Positions 29,793-39,059 of a stretch of 64,000 bases of DNA are shown here, piece by piece. Under the pieces are notes generated by a model. The model was not told the DNA's origin. It made no database searches and saw only the letters and a list, made by a program, of their open reading frames with translations. Origin of the DNA: Candidatus Obscuribacteraceae bacterium (lineage in GTDB: Bacteria > Cyanobacteriota > Vampirovibrionia > Obscuribacterales > Obscuribacteraceae); contig JBGASG010000004.1 in the NCBI GenBank assembly GCA_044229845.1, positions 416,001 to 480,000 on the forward strand. The letters run 5' to 3'. A program made the translations under genes and the position numbers. Positions within the stretch are counted from its first letter, which is position 1, and the number at the start of each line of letters is the position of its first letter.

Positions 29793-30216
29793 GTTGGTCC
29801 CGTCGTTTCTGTTCGTCGGCGGCCACCTCCGAGAGCATCCGCAGCCTGTCGAGGTCATGCAGAAAGTCTCGGAGGTACGCTTCCATGATCTTCTGGTTGG
29901 CACGCCGCTCTTGACGCACCATCCATTTCTCTTTGACCGACCCGCCCGAACTGATCGAACGCTGCGTCGGTCGCCCAAATAACTCCGATTCGTCCGTTGC
30001 CACCAGCGTAGCGACCTGCTGGTGCTGCTCGTGAATCCGGCAGTTACGGCAGCGAGCCGTGTCGGGTCGCGGGTGAGCACTGCGGCTGCCCGCCAGGACA
30101 CGCTTGCACAAGTCACAGACCAGCGAGTCCCGATACAGGTTGAGCTTCGGCAGCAGCCAGGCGGCGATCGGCATGGCAACAGCCAGCACGAGCAAACCGC
30201 AAATCAAATCACTCAT
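29782..30216 (-). CDS. TM-anchored Zn-ribbon protein
   Basis: N-terminal TM; CDLC..CRNC; AAGGAG RBS. Confidence 0.6.
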   Translation of the reverse strand: MSDLICGLLVLAVAMPIAAWLLPKLNLYRDSLVCDLCKRVLAGSRSAHPRPDTARCRNCRIHEQHQQVATLVATDESELFGRPTQRSISSGGSVKEKWMVRQERRANQKIMEAYLRDFLHDLDRLRMLSEVAADEQKRRDQHDH

Positions 30217-30607
30217 CAAACTCTCCTTGTCTGTCTTCGAAGCCACTATGCAGCAGCGCACAAACGGCAGGGACGCCGCGTGCCACCGTCCTGGGGGGGC
30301 AGTTGCGACAGCGGAACGTGTCGGCACCGCAGGCGACACCAACCGGTCGTGCCGCACAACGGTTAGTACGCGAACGCACGCCGCCGGCGGCGCACTGCTC
30401 ACAGGGCACACCGACCGACTTGCCGCCGCCAGCCAGATCATCTGCGGGCTGCGATGCCAGCAGTGTTATGGCATTATCTCTCTCGGCGCCGGCAGCTTTG
30501 AGCCGTTCGTCACGCGCCGCTGCATCCAGCCCTGGTTGCGACTGAATCTGCGTCACCAAAGCTGCATGCGCTTTCTGAATCGCTGCCATTTTTTGCAAGA
30601 AACTCAC
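30209..30607 (-). CDS. Cys-rich hypothetical protein
   Basis: CEQC, CRNC, CALLH; AAGGAG RBS. Confidence 0.55.
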   Translation of the reverse strand: MSFLQKMAAIQKAHAALVTQIQSQPGLDAAARDERLKAAGAERDNAITLLASQPADDLAGGGKSVGVPCEQCAAGGVRSRTNRCAARPVGVACGADTFRCRNCPPRTVARGVPAVCALLHSGFEDRQGEFDE

Positions 30608-30638
30608 GGGAGCTCCTTCCTGTTTCTCATCTGAAAGC

Positions 30639-31601
30639 TCAGCGTGAACGGCCCTTCAGTACACGCAGAGCCTGTCGCAGCAAGGGATCTTGCTGCACGA
30701 TACCAAACCGAGATGCATCCAGCTGCATCGCAGTGGCGGTGCCCGGCAGGTTCGGCATCACTCCGAAACGTTGCTTCTGCCCATCTCCCAGCCAGTGTCC
30801 GCCGGGTGAGTAGTACCGGCTGGCGGTGATTTGCAGAAGCGCCGCTCCATTGAGCGACACATGCTTCTGCAGATTTCCCTTGCCGACGGTTTGCTCACCC
30901 AGGACCAGAGAACCGTTCTCCTGTAAGAGCCTGGCCAAGATTTCGGCGGCGCTGGCGGTATTGCGGTCAACGAGAACTACAACCTGCTGACCGCGCAACG
31001 AGTACACGAGGCGCCGCTTTTCGGAAACGACCCGCGTCCGCCACCAGGGCAGAGACGACGATGTACTCACCGTTTCTCGCTGGGCGTTTATGAAATACGC
31101 CCGGGTGACCTGTTTCCAGGGATGCACGCGCTCGCTGATGCTCCCGAGCGGTCCTTCAGGCAGCATCAGCTGAGCGCAATTGAGCGCCAACTCGACTTGA
31201 CCGCCAAGATTCGCACGCAAATCGAGCACCAACCCGTTGAATTTCACGAGCCGCGAGATCGCCCTCTGCAACTGCCAATCGCAGTCGTCGGGCATGAAAT
31301 CCTCGATGCGAACATAGCCGCCGTCACCAATCAGTTGACTGGTGACGGCGACCGGCTGACGGGTGAGCAGGCGAATGCGAGACTGAGCGGAGGCGTCGTA
31401 CAGGCAGGTAAACTCGTCCTGCAACGACGCCACCATCGTCTGCGCATAACCCAGCGCATCGTCGGTCGAATGAATGAGCTTGTCGAAACGATGCTCCCAA
31501 CCGCGCCAGTTTGACAGCCTGGAGCGATCGAAGTACATCTGCCGCACCAGTTTCCAGATGTGATGGTAAATCTGGACGGGCTCAGCGAATCGTATGTTCA
31601 T
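30639..31601 (-). CDS. S41 family (CtpA/Prc-like) peptidase
   Basis: LVLDLRANLGG, TASAAE (Ser), TVGKG (Lys), GVMPN. Confidence 0.87.
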   Translation of the reverse strand: MNIRFAEPVQIYHHIWKLVRQMYFDRSRLSNWRGWEHRFDKLIHSTDDALGYAQTMVASLQDEFTCLYDASAQSRIRLLTRQPVAVTSQLIGDGGYVRIEDFMPDDCDWQLQRAISRLVKFNGLVLDLRANLGGQVELALNCAQLMLPEGPLGSISERVHPWKQVTRAYFINAQRETVSTSSSLPWWRTRVVSEKRRLVYSLRGQQVVVLVDRNTASAAEILARLLQENGSLVLGEQTVGKGNLQKHVSLNGAALLQITASRYYSPGGHWLGDGQKQRFGVMPNLPGTATAMQLDASRFGIVQQDPLLRQALRVLKGRSR

Positions 31602-31615
31602 GGCGCTCCTAAGCG

Positions 31616-32065
31616 CTAGTCGGTGGGGATCACCGGCACCGGCGACGCGGAGAGGATGACGACCCGGTCCTGGAAGCCGACGATGCGCGCCTGCACGCAG
31701 TCACCCAGATTGAGGGCTTCGAACTGCTCGTCGGAGACGTCGTACCAGCTGAGGTATCCCGCCTGACCGCAGGGCAGCACAATCTCGTACTGTCCATTGG
31801 AGTTTTCACCGACGATGCGCGCGGAGACGACCTCGCCCACGAGGTGTTCCTCCGGTAGCGGATTCATCGACACCGTGAACGGAACGCTCTGCTCCTCCAG
31901 CCTGGCGGCGACGTCGGCGACGTTGACCGGCTGCTTGCCCTGCTGGAGAAGCTTCACGACCTTAGCCACTTTGCGCGTGCGCCGCCAGATGCGGATGTGC
32001 TTGCGCGCGATGACGAAGGTGACGGTCAGCCCAAGGGCGATGAAAACAATTGCTGCTGCGTTCAT
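31616..32065 (-). CDS. TM-anchored S1-domain protein
   Basis: N-terminal TM; VGEVVSARIV..GYL..DVSD..LGDCVQARIV..VILS. Confidence 0.65.
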   Translation of the reverse strand: MNAAAIVFIALGLTVTFVIARKHIRIWRRTRKVAKVVKLLQQGKQPVNVADVAARLEEQSVPFTVSMNPLPEEHLVGEVVSARIVGENSNGQYEIVLPCGQAGYLSWYDVSDEQFEALNLGDCVQARIVGFQDRVVILSASPVPVIPTD

Positions 32066-32096
32066 TTCATTCTTCTTTCTGGTCGTTGCGAAACTG

Positions 32097-32516
32097 TTAT
32101 TTAAATGTGTCGATGCCGGTGCGATTTGTTCTGCGAACAATCGCAGTGCCGAGTGAAAGCCCAATGGCGAACCAGAGCACGAAGAGCACCAGCCCGCCGG
32201 CGGCAGACCATGAGAGCGTCGGCAGATTGGCTGTCTCGAACGGGGAGATCAGCGGTGCCGAGATGTTGAGCGGCAGTATGACGAAATACGGCCCCCACAT
32301 CATTACTTGTCGAGGAGCACCGCGCACACACAGCACCACCAAAGCCGCACACAAAGCGATGGCGGCTCCGAGTTCACCGCCACCAATGGCGAGCGCGTGA
32401 CGATCGGAAGCCATGAACATGAGCGCAATCGCCGCGTTGCATACGAGCGAACCGACAATCGCCACGGCGATCGCTGTCAGACTTTTCAGCGCGCGGTCCG
32501 AATCAGTGCGATTCAT
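32097..32516 (-). CDS. Hypothetical 4-TM protein
   Basis: Hydrophobic ORF starting MNRTDSDRAL. Confidence 0.55.
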   Translation of the reverse strand: MNRTDSDRALKSLTAIAVAIVGSLVCNAAIALMFMASDRHALAIGGGELGAAIALCAALVVLCVRGAPRQVMMWGPYFVILPLNISAPLISPFETANLPTLSWSAAGGLVLFVLWFAIGLSLGTAIVRRTNRTGIDTFK

Positions 32517-32532
32517 TTCTATCCTTCCTGTG

Positions 32533-33225
32533 TCAGGTGGTCGAAGAGGCGAGCACCGTGCGAAATTCCGCCGGCGGCAAAACCGGCGGCGGCAGTGCTC
32601 CGTCGGGCAACACGCCACCGGCGCGCGCCTGCCAGAACATCCAGACGCCCCAATTGAGACCGGCAGGCGCCGTCCACGCTGCCTTGATCTGACGCACCGA
32701 CCAGCCGGTCGGCATCGGCACCGAGGGGATGTAGACGGACATCCACCGCGAGCTGTCGTCCGGGTGGACCCAGTGCTCCTTGACCGGCACCACCGCCCAG
32801 GCACCACTGGAGAAAAACCAGACGACCTCGGATTCGGCATCCGGCGCCGCCGCACCGTCGGCGGTGGCAACAGCTTGCCTCGGCAGCTTGACCAGATTGC
32901 GGACAGCCTTGTAGAGCGAGAAACGGCCGGCCAGCTGATCGCAAAGCACGATCGCTTTGCGCCCCCGTTTGGTGGCGAAAGCCTGTCCGACGCCCAGCAG
33001 CAGCAGGGCAGCCAGCAGCAGGCAAGAAACTTTCGAGCCGGCCACCGCGGGCGAGATCGAAACCGCTCTGCCGATCAGCACCGCAAACCCACCGAGGAAG
33101 GTCTGCACCGGCTCTGCAACCGCCTTGAGCAGGTAGAGGAGAATCAGCACCGGGGCGATGATTTTCAACGCATTGACCAGCCGCGTGCGCAGCGCTGCGG
33201 TGATGTGCGTCCACTTTTCCTTCAC
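32533..33225 (-). CDS. DUF502-like membrane protein
   Basis: Two TMs; SLYKAVRNL; VYIPSVPMPTGW. Confidence 0.65.
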   Translation of the reverse strand: MKEKWTHITAALRTRLVNALKIIAPVLILLYLLKAVAEPVQTFLGGFAVLIGRAVSISPAVAGSKVSCLLLAALLLLGVGQAFATKRGRKAIVLCDQLAGRFSLYKAVRNLVKLPRQAVATADGAAAPDAESEVVWFFSSGAWAVVPVKEHWVHPDDSSRWMSVYIPSVPMPTGWSVRQIKAAWTAPAGLNWGVWMFWQARAGGVLPDGALPPPVLPPAEFRTVLASSTT

Positions 33226-33371
33226 GAGCGGGGATCTTTCTTGCGAAGCCTGGCAAGCCAGGCGGTGAACACCTTCGCGATCGGCTTGCCGAGCGGCTCG
33301 GCGAAAGCCAGCACACCCAGGAAGGTTGCCGTGAGGGCGAAAACCGAAATGGTGAAAACGGTATTGGACAT
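33222..33371 (-). CDS. 49-aa membrane peptide not in the ORF track
   Basis: Hand translation MSNTVFTISVFALTATFLGVLAFAEPLGK..; GTGA overlap with the next gene. Confidence 0.5.
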   Translation of the reverse strand: MSNTVFTISVFALTATFLGVLAFAEPLGKPIAKVFTAWLARLRKKDPRS

Positions 33372-33411
33372 TGTTTCTTCTTTCTGTGATTGGGCGCCTG
33401 AGGCGCCGGGA

Positions 33412-33888
33412 CTACTGCAGTCCGTGCAGTTGCAGCAGGTCTTGAGTGGACATCTGGATGAGCGAGTAGCGATGCGCCATGAAGCCGGTGGGGTAGCGCG
33501 CCGCTTCGCAGAGACTGGTCAGCCGGCTCCAGCACTGGTCGTAGCGCTGCCGCGGCAGCTCAAGAGCCTGCGAGAGGCGCGCGCGTTCACGTTCCAGCGC
33601 CACCAAAAGCGGGTGTGGGTCGAGGTGGAGACGCGGGTCGAAGGGTGTCTCCTGGCGCTGCGCCGCCATCGCCCGCTGGAACTCCCAGTACGCCTGAAGG
33701 TTCGCAGCCAACAGATCGCGCAACGCTTCTCGCGTCTCGGTCATCGATGACTCGATCGCCGCGATCTCCTCGGCGGGAATACCGGCCATTTCTGCCAGCG
33801 GAGCGAACCCGGTGTTGTCGTTCGCGAGGATGAAAACTCGCAGGGAGGCAGCCGCTTCCACGATCTGCTCCCGTGTGTATTCGGTCAT
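33412..33888 (-). CDS. Hypothetical helical protein
   Basis: ORF in the operon. Confidence 0.55.
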   Translation of the reverse strand: MTEYTREQIVEAAASLRVFILANDNTGFAPLAEMAGIPAEEIAAIESSMTETREALRDLLAANLQAYWEFQRAMAAQRQETPFDPRLHLDPHPLLVALERERARLSQALELPRQRYDQCWSRLTSLCEAARYPTGFMAHRYSLIQMSTQDLLQLHGLQ

Positions 33889-33932
33889 GATTGCCTTTCG
33901 TTTTCTGGAATGATCTGAACTGTGATGTTGCG

Positions 33933-34232
33933 TCAGTACATGGTGCGCTGACCGCGAATGGTGCCGTGCGGCGGTTCGATCAGTCGCACCTGCACGAAGA
34001 TGGCATCGCCATCCGACACCAGGTCTGTCATAGCCAGCCGCTTGTCCTTTTGGAACTCGAGAAACTCAACCGCACCTTTCCCGAGGGCAACAAAAATCTC
34101 AGGTTCGAAGTCGACGTATAACATCGCCTCTCCCACCGAGTACGGAAAGCCGCGGGCAGGCAACGTGACGAAGTGAGTTTCATCACTCACGAACGCTACC
34201 GAAATGCCCCCAGCTGCAAGTGCATCAGTCAT
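33933..34232 (-). CDS. Hypothetical protein
   Basis: ORF in the operon; start uncertain. Confidence 0.5.
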   Translation of the reverse strand: MTDALAAGGISVAFVSDETHFVTLPARGFPYSVGEAMLYVDFEPEIFVALGKGAVEFLEFQKDKRLAMTDLVSDGDAIFVQVRLIEPPHGTIRGQRTMY

Positions 34233-34296
34233 GTTTCCTGCCTTGTCTGCCATTGATCGTGGTGGTGCGGGGCGCTCTGTTTCCCTAACGGATGCG

Positions 34297-35265
34297 TCAC
34301 GAGGCGATGTCCAGCGTGTCCGGCACCACCATCTCTGAGTGACCTGTTTGCTTGATCGCCTCATTGATTGTGGAGATCAGGTCCGCGATCAAGCTCTCAA
34401 CCTGCCCTGCGATGCACTGAGACGGCGCCTGATTCTCGTTGAGTTCTTCCAGAGCAAAGGAAATGACCGCCACCGATCGCCGCACTGTGTGCAATGCCTG
34501 AGCAAGATTCTGCGGCCATTGCGACTCCGTGCACTTGCGACCGGCAGCGTCGAGCCGGATTTCGAAAGCCTTCAGTGATTCGTCCGTCAGCTGGAGCGTC
34601 TGCAATGCAAAGCCCAACTGCTGCAGCATTGTCACTGCAACCTGTTGTGACGAGGCAGCGAGAATGGCTCTCTGCGCGTCCTGATGCCCATCCTGCACTG
34701 CCGCGGACTGGAGTTGCAGGCAGTTGCTGCCCGTCATCTCCTCCCATGTAGCAAATCTCCGCAGACGGCCGGGTTTTTCTGTCGTGACCGTGACGCTGCT
34801 GTGCTCAGAACTTTCACCGTCCTTGAAGCGCTGCCATTTCGACCGACGCGTGGTGACAATTCTGAAGGAGTCGCCCATTTCCAGCTGCACCATCAACGTC
34901 GTGGTGCCCGTGGAAGCGTCCGTGAGCGAGGACAGGACCTGACACGTCCCAGGCTCTACCGTGACGCTCTTTTTCTCGCCCCTGGACAAGCCAGTGACTA
35001 TGACGATGGTGGCGGTATCTGAGCCGCTTCCTGAAACGAATCGCAGACCTTGCAGGGTCTGTTCCAGGCGGACTTGACCGCCCAAAACCCTGAAGCGCCG
35101 CATGTCCTCGTACTTAAATGTGACCGCGGCATCGGGGACGATCACTCTTTGATTGCCGAACATTATGTAACTGTGATTGCACTGATCGACCCGCGGAGAG
35201 GTGTCTGTCGCCCTGTACTGGAATAGGCTTCCGTACTCCGGTGCGTGAATTTGTCGGATTAACAT
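34297..35265 (-). CDS. Hypothetical protein (N-terminal domain paralogous to 38367)
   Basis: AAGGA RBS; YIMFGNQRVIVPD. Confidence 0.6.
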   Translation of the reverse strand: MLIRQIHAPEYGSLFQYRATDTSPRVDQCNHSYIMFGNQRVIVPDAAVTFKYEDMRRFRVLGGQVRLEQTLQGLRFVSGSGSDTATIVIVTGLSRGEKKSVTVEPGTCQVLSSLTDASTGTTTLMVQLEMGDSFRIVTTRRSKWQRFKDGESSEHSSVTVTTEKPGRLRRFATWEEMTGSNCLQLQSAAVQDGHQDAQRAILAASSQQVAVTMLQQLGFALQTLQLTDESLKAFEIRLDAAGRKCTESQWPQNLAQALHTVRRSVAVISFALEELNENQAPSQCIAGQVESLIADLISTINEAIKQTGHSEMVVPDTLDIAS

Positions 35266-35554
35266 GTTGTTTCCTTTCTTGCTGAAGCGCTCGTCGACTG
35301 CTCGTGATTGACGAGTTAGCTGAGACTGAAAAAGCAAAGTCAGGCTTGCTGCTGGGTGCTTTGATATCGGAAATTGCGGGGTTGTCGAGAGGATTCAACT
35401 GTAGCGCTGCCGGTGCGTATATCAAAGACATGCAAATCTTTTTTCTAGAGATTCGGTGATACTGCGTTAGCTCAACACGCGCTAGGCAGAAACCGAATGG
35501 CAGAAAAACCCAGACACAGCAAGGCTTTACGCAACCAACAGGATATCCGACACG

Positions 35555-35610
35555 ACACCGCCCGTGATGGCGTAAACAAGTTCTGAAATGCGCGTATAAA
35601 ACTTGTGAAA
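35555..35610. promoter_or_regulatory. Composite element: CACC-like box plus four 11-bp-phased heptamers
   Basis: acaccgcccgtgatgg cgtaaac..tctgaaa..cgtataa..tgtgaaa at 35571/35582/35593/35604. Confidence 0.5.
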
Positions 35611-35914
35611 AACAGACGATACTACCGGTGGTGCCTGTTCTGGACTGGCAATAATGAGTAAATCTGGCACGGAGTTAGCGCACCTGTGCATAGTTTGACG
35701 AGCACCTTGCATATATTCAATGTCGCGCCTCTTCGCTCTGCGCCATCTCAAATCGTAAGGTGAAGTCATCATCTAATCGCTTCTCTGCACTTCAACCAAA
35801 ACCCGCACATTTCCATAGCTAGCCTCAAACCGAGTCCATCTCGCAGTACGAGTCGTGTCGGCACATCTTCAGTCCGTCTCGATGACCGTCAGCGCGTGAC
35901 GACAGAAAGGAGTC

Positions 35915-37063
35915 ATGATGGACACTCAATTCACAATCAAGCGCTGCCGGTCCGTGCTCGAATCAGCATGGAAGTCGCAGCCCGGCTACACCAGTCCCAA
36001 CCCCAAGCAATACCCCTGGCAGTGGCTCTGGGACTCATGTTTCCACGCCATCGCCTGGGCCGCCCTCGGCGACCGCCGCGCCGTCATCGAGATGGAGAGC
36101 CTGTTCAGCAAGCTCTTGCCCTCAGGCTTCTTGCCCAACATGCTCTACCACACAAGCCCCTACAACGGCTTCTGGATGTGGCGCCGGCGCGGGCACTCGA
36201 CCATCACGCAGCCGCCGATGTACGGACACACGCTGCGCGTGCTGCATGAGAGCGGCTTCGACATCAATCACTTGCTGGCACCGGCCACGAAGGCGCTGCA
36301 CTACCTGATCGACTCGCGTCTGGACCCGCGCACCGGATTGGTGAAGATCTACCATCCGTGGGAAAGCGGCTGCGACGACTCACCGCGCTGGGACCGCTGG
36401 ATGCTGGGCGGTGCGTATAATCGCGCGCGCTGGAACCTCACCAAGTTCGCCCTCACGCAAACCATGAAGGTGCGCGGCGGCGGTGCGGTGGGCAACCGGT
36501 CGTTCCGAGTCTGCTCGTCGATGTTCAACGCGCTGGTGGCATTCAACGCCTTCGAGCTGGCCCGCCTCACCGGCGACGAACACCTGGTGCGGAAAGCGCG
36601 CGGCATTGCCGGTGCCCTGGAGAAGACCTGGAGCAGCGAGCATGGCACCTGGGTCGATCTGCTTCCTGGGTCTGCCCGCGTCAGTTCGTCGGTGGCGACG
36701 CACGAAGCGTTTCTTCCCCTCCTGGTCGTCGAGAACGAAGAGCAACGCAATGAAGCGTGGTCGCATCTGACCTCGCAAGCGTTTCTTCGCCCGCACGGCA
36801 TCGCCGGCGTCTCGACCCAGGAACCGTCCTATAACCCGGACGGCTACTGGCGCGGTGGATGCTGGCCGCAGATCTGCTACCTGCTCTGGGTGGCGGCAGT
36901 GCGGCAGCAACGGGACGAACGAACGCTGATCGAACCGCTGATCGTGCGCGGAATTCTGGGCTCGGACTTCGCCGAGTACTGGAACCCGGAGACTGGTGCT
37001 CCGCTGGGAGCCCAGCCGCAGTCGTGGTCGCCGGTGGTGATGCACATCGCAAGCGCGGAATAG
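35915..37063 (+). CDS. GH63/MGH1-like (alpha/alpha)6 glycoside hydrolase
   Basis: YPWQWLWDSCFHA, TQPP, HPWESGCDDSPRWD, YWRG, FAEYWNP. Confidence 0.88.
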   Translation: MMDTQFTIKRCRSVLESAWKSQPGYTSPNPKQYPWQWLWDSCFHAIAWAALGDRRAVIEMESLFSKLLPSGFLPNMLYHTSPYNGFWMWRRRGHSTITQPPMYGHTLRVLHESGFDINHLLAPATKALHYLIDSRLDPRTGLVKIYHPWESGCDDSPRWDRWMLGGAYNRARWNLTKFALTQTMKVRGGGAVGNRSFRVCSSMFNALVAFNAFELARLTGDEHLVRKARGIAGALEKTWSSEHGTWVDLLPGSARVSSSVATHEAFLPLLVVENEEQRNEAWSHLTSQAFLRPHGIAGVSTQEPSYNPDGYWRGGCWPQICYLLWVAAVRQQRDERTLIEPLIVRGILGSDFAEYWNPETGAPLGAQPQSWSPVVMHIASAE

Positions 37064-37144
37064 GTCGGATTTCTTCGGGCACAGTTTGTGCGGACTGTGC
37101 CCGAAGAACCCGCCTTACTAGCATCATTTCAAAAACCGTTGCCG

Positions 37145-37161
37145 TACTATACCTCTTCGTA
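37145..37161. other. Block-end palindrome copy (TACTA-N7-TCGTA)
   Basis: In the convergent gap between 37063 and 37284. Confidence 0.55.
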
Positions 37162-37283
37162 GCACGAAAGAACAAAAAACACTCGCGGGGTGTTTGATGC
37201 GTACGCCATGGAGCACCGAAAGGCGGAATGCGGCAGCACACCGCCCTTCGGTACATCGTTAAGTTGTTACCGGCGCGGTGCGG

Positions 37284-37637
37284 CTAGCACCACTCGTCGA
37301 CGTCGTCGTCACCCTCACCATCGACCTCGATGGTGACGGTAAACGTCTTGATGACAGCGTTGCCGTTGCCGGGCGTCTGCTTGCGCTCGAGTTTCAGGGT
37401 CTCGGATCCGGATGCGGCAGCCTGAAACTGCAAGCGCTGCACTCCCGTCTCCACCTGCTCGTCGCCGTAGAAGTAGATGGCCTGGCTCTGGCTGGGGTCG
37501 TACGGCCACTCGAAGCCCCACTTATCGACTGACGAGTGCGGCAACGTGATCCAGACCAGTTCGCCGGCGGCGACCGTCACGGTCTGACCGTCATGCGACT
37601 CATCCAGATTGTGGACTTTTCCTCGACGCCACCACAT
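37284..37637 (-). CDS. Chagasin/I42-like Ig-fold protein
   Basis: DGQTVTVAAGELVWITLP..W..FQA..G..L.L..FTVTIEV. Confidence 0.6.
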   Translation of the reverse strand: MWWRRGKVHNLDESHDGQTVTVAAGELVWITLPHSSVDKWGFEWPYDPSQSQAIYFYGDEQVETGVQRLQFQAAASGSETLKLERKQTPGNGNAVIKTFTVTIEVDGEGDDDVDEWC

Positions 37638-37726
37638 AGTTTTCTCCTGTGGGTCTGGCACCAATGGTGCAAAGTTGAAGCAAGGAGCTGCCTGCCCAGC
37701 TCCTTACTCGGCGATGTCAGCGACAG

Positions 37727-37957
37727 TCAGTGCTGACCGGCGTGACGGCTGTTGCCGTTGCCGCCGCGGTGACGCGGATCCGGCGAGAACTTGCAGTACA
37801 GCCGGCCGTTGAGGTCGCGGGTCAGCTTGTAGTGGATGCCGCAGTGGAGCGTGGCGCCGGTCGGAGCCGGTGCCGGGGCGGCGGCGGCAGTTGCGGTGCC
37901 ACCGAAGAGGCAGCCGAGCGCGACAGCGGAGGCGATCAATGCATTGCGAACCTTCAT
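37727..37957 (-). CDS. Small secreted peptide with two Cys in the mature part
   Basis: Signal peptide; AAGGAG RBS. Confidence 0.6.
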   Translation of the reverse strand: MKVRNALIASAVALGCLFGGTATAAAAPAPAPTGATLHCGIHYKLTRDLNGRLYCKFSPDPRHRGGNGNSRHAGQH

Positions 37958-38302
37958 GAGAACTCCTTCGATCGGTTACTGACTTAGTTGGTTGGTATTC
38001 AGTTGTTGTGAATGCGCGAAGCAGTGGCAGGACTGCGCCGCTATCTTTCCCTCCAAGCCTTCTGACTCAAAGTGAGAACACACTCGCTGACGGACACCGG
38101 CACCACTATCGGTGCTTAGACAAAACATCTCCAACTCGCTGTGGCGAGATGAAACAGGAGAGATGTGGCGTCGCTGGCGTAGTTGTTGTTCGGTTTCAGG
38201 ATTGGCATTGGTGCGGGAAAGAATGCCACGACCGTACCTTGACAGCCCGGTATTTCACAAGCCCTGGGCATCGTGACGCAACAAATTCACCTGCGCCAGC
38301 TA

Positions 38303-38358
38303 GCACCACATATGATGGCATAAACAGCCTGTGAACGAGGGCGAAAAATCTTGTAAAA
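38303..38358. promoter_or_regulatory. Composite element: CACC-like box plus four 11-bp-phased heptamers
   Basis: gcaccacatatgatgg cataaac..tgtgaac..gcgaaaa..tgtaaaa at 38319/38330/38341/38352. Confidence 0.55.
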
Positions 38359-38366
38359 CAGCACAG

Positions 38367-39059
38367 CTAGGGTGCCGCCACTGCCGGCGGTGCCGCCAGG
38401 CGCTGGCTGGTCGGATAGTTGCGCAGTTCATCTGCCGACCACTGAATCGTGCGGCTCCAGCGTCGACCATTCCAGCGGCGACCTTCCACGCGAATGGAGT
38501 CGCCGTGCCGTAGCCGCACCAGCACATCCGGTCCGCGCCAGGCAGAAACGTTCGATTGGACGATAATCTGATCGGGTCGTTCGGCGACGATGCGGTAGCC
38601 GGGCTTCTTGTCGCTGGCTTGAATCAACACCAGAATGTCCTCGCTGGCAGTCAGCGATTCCGCAATGTCGACGCAACTCAAGCCCGCCGCGGTCGGCACT
38701 ACTGCCACCGCAGCGCCCAAGTGGGGAGTCCCCGCCCGACTGACGAAGTGGTCCGGCACAACCACTCGCTGATCGCCGACCGCGATGTACATCACGTTCG
38801 CCGATTCCAGATCGATGTTCTTGCGCATGAAGAGGCTGTCCGCCTCCACAACGAGCACGGTGAACACCGCGCCATCGACCTTGATCGCCGGACCACCTGG
38901 GCGGTATTTCGGCGGCGGCTTGGGACCGCGACCCCTGAGGTCGACACCCCCACCTTGACCAACAAGTGGCTCCAGATCGATCCAGACGGGCTCAGAAGAC
39001 CGCTCAGGCGGACCTTCTTCGACCGTTCCGCCTTCACCTTGACCTATGTAGTGCACCAT
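38367..39059 (-). CDS. Hypothetical protein (paralog of the 34297 N-terminal domain)
   Basis: YIAVGDQRVVVPD..LRHGDSIRV. Confidence 0.55.
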   Translation of the reverse strand: MVHYIGQGEGGTVEEGPPERSSEPVWIDLEPLVGQGGGVDLRGRGPKPPPKYRPGGPAIKVDGAVFTVLVVEADSLFMRKNIDLESANVMYIAVGDQRVVVPDHFVSRAGTPHLGAAVAVVPTAAGLSCVDIAESLTASEDILVLIQASDKKPGYRIVAERPDQIIVQSNVSAWRGPDVLVRLRHGDSIRVEGRRWNGRRWSRTIQWSADELRNYPTSQRLAAPPAVAAP

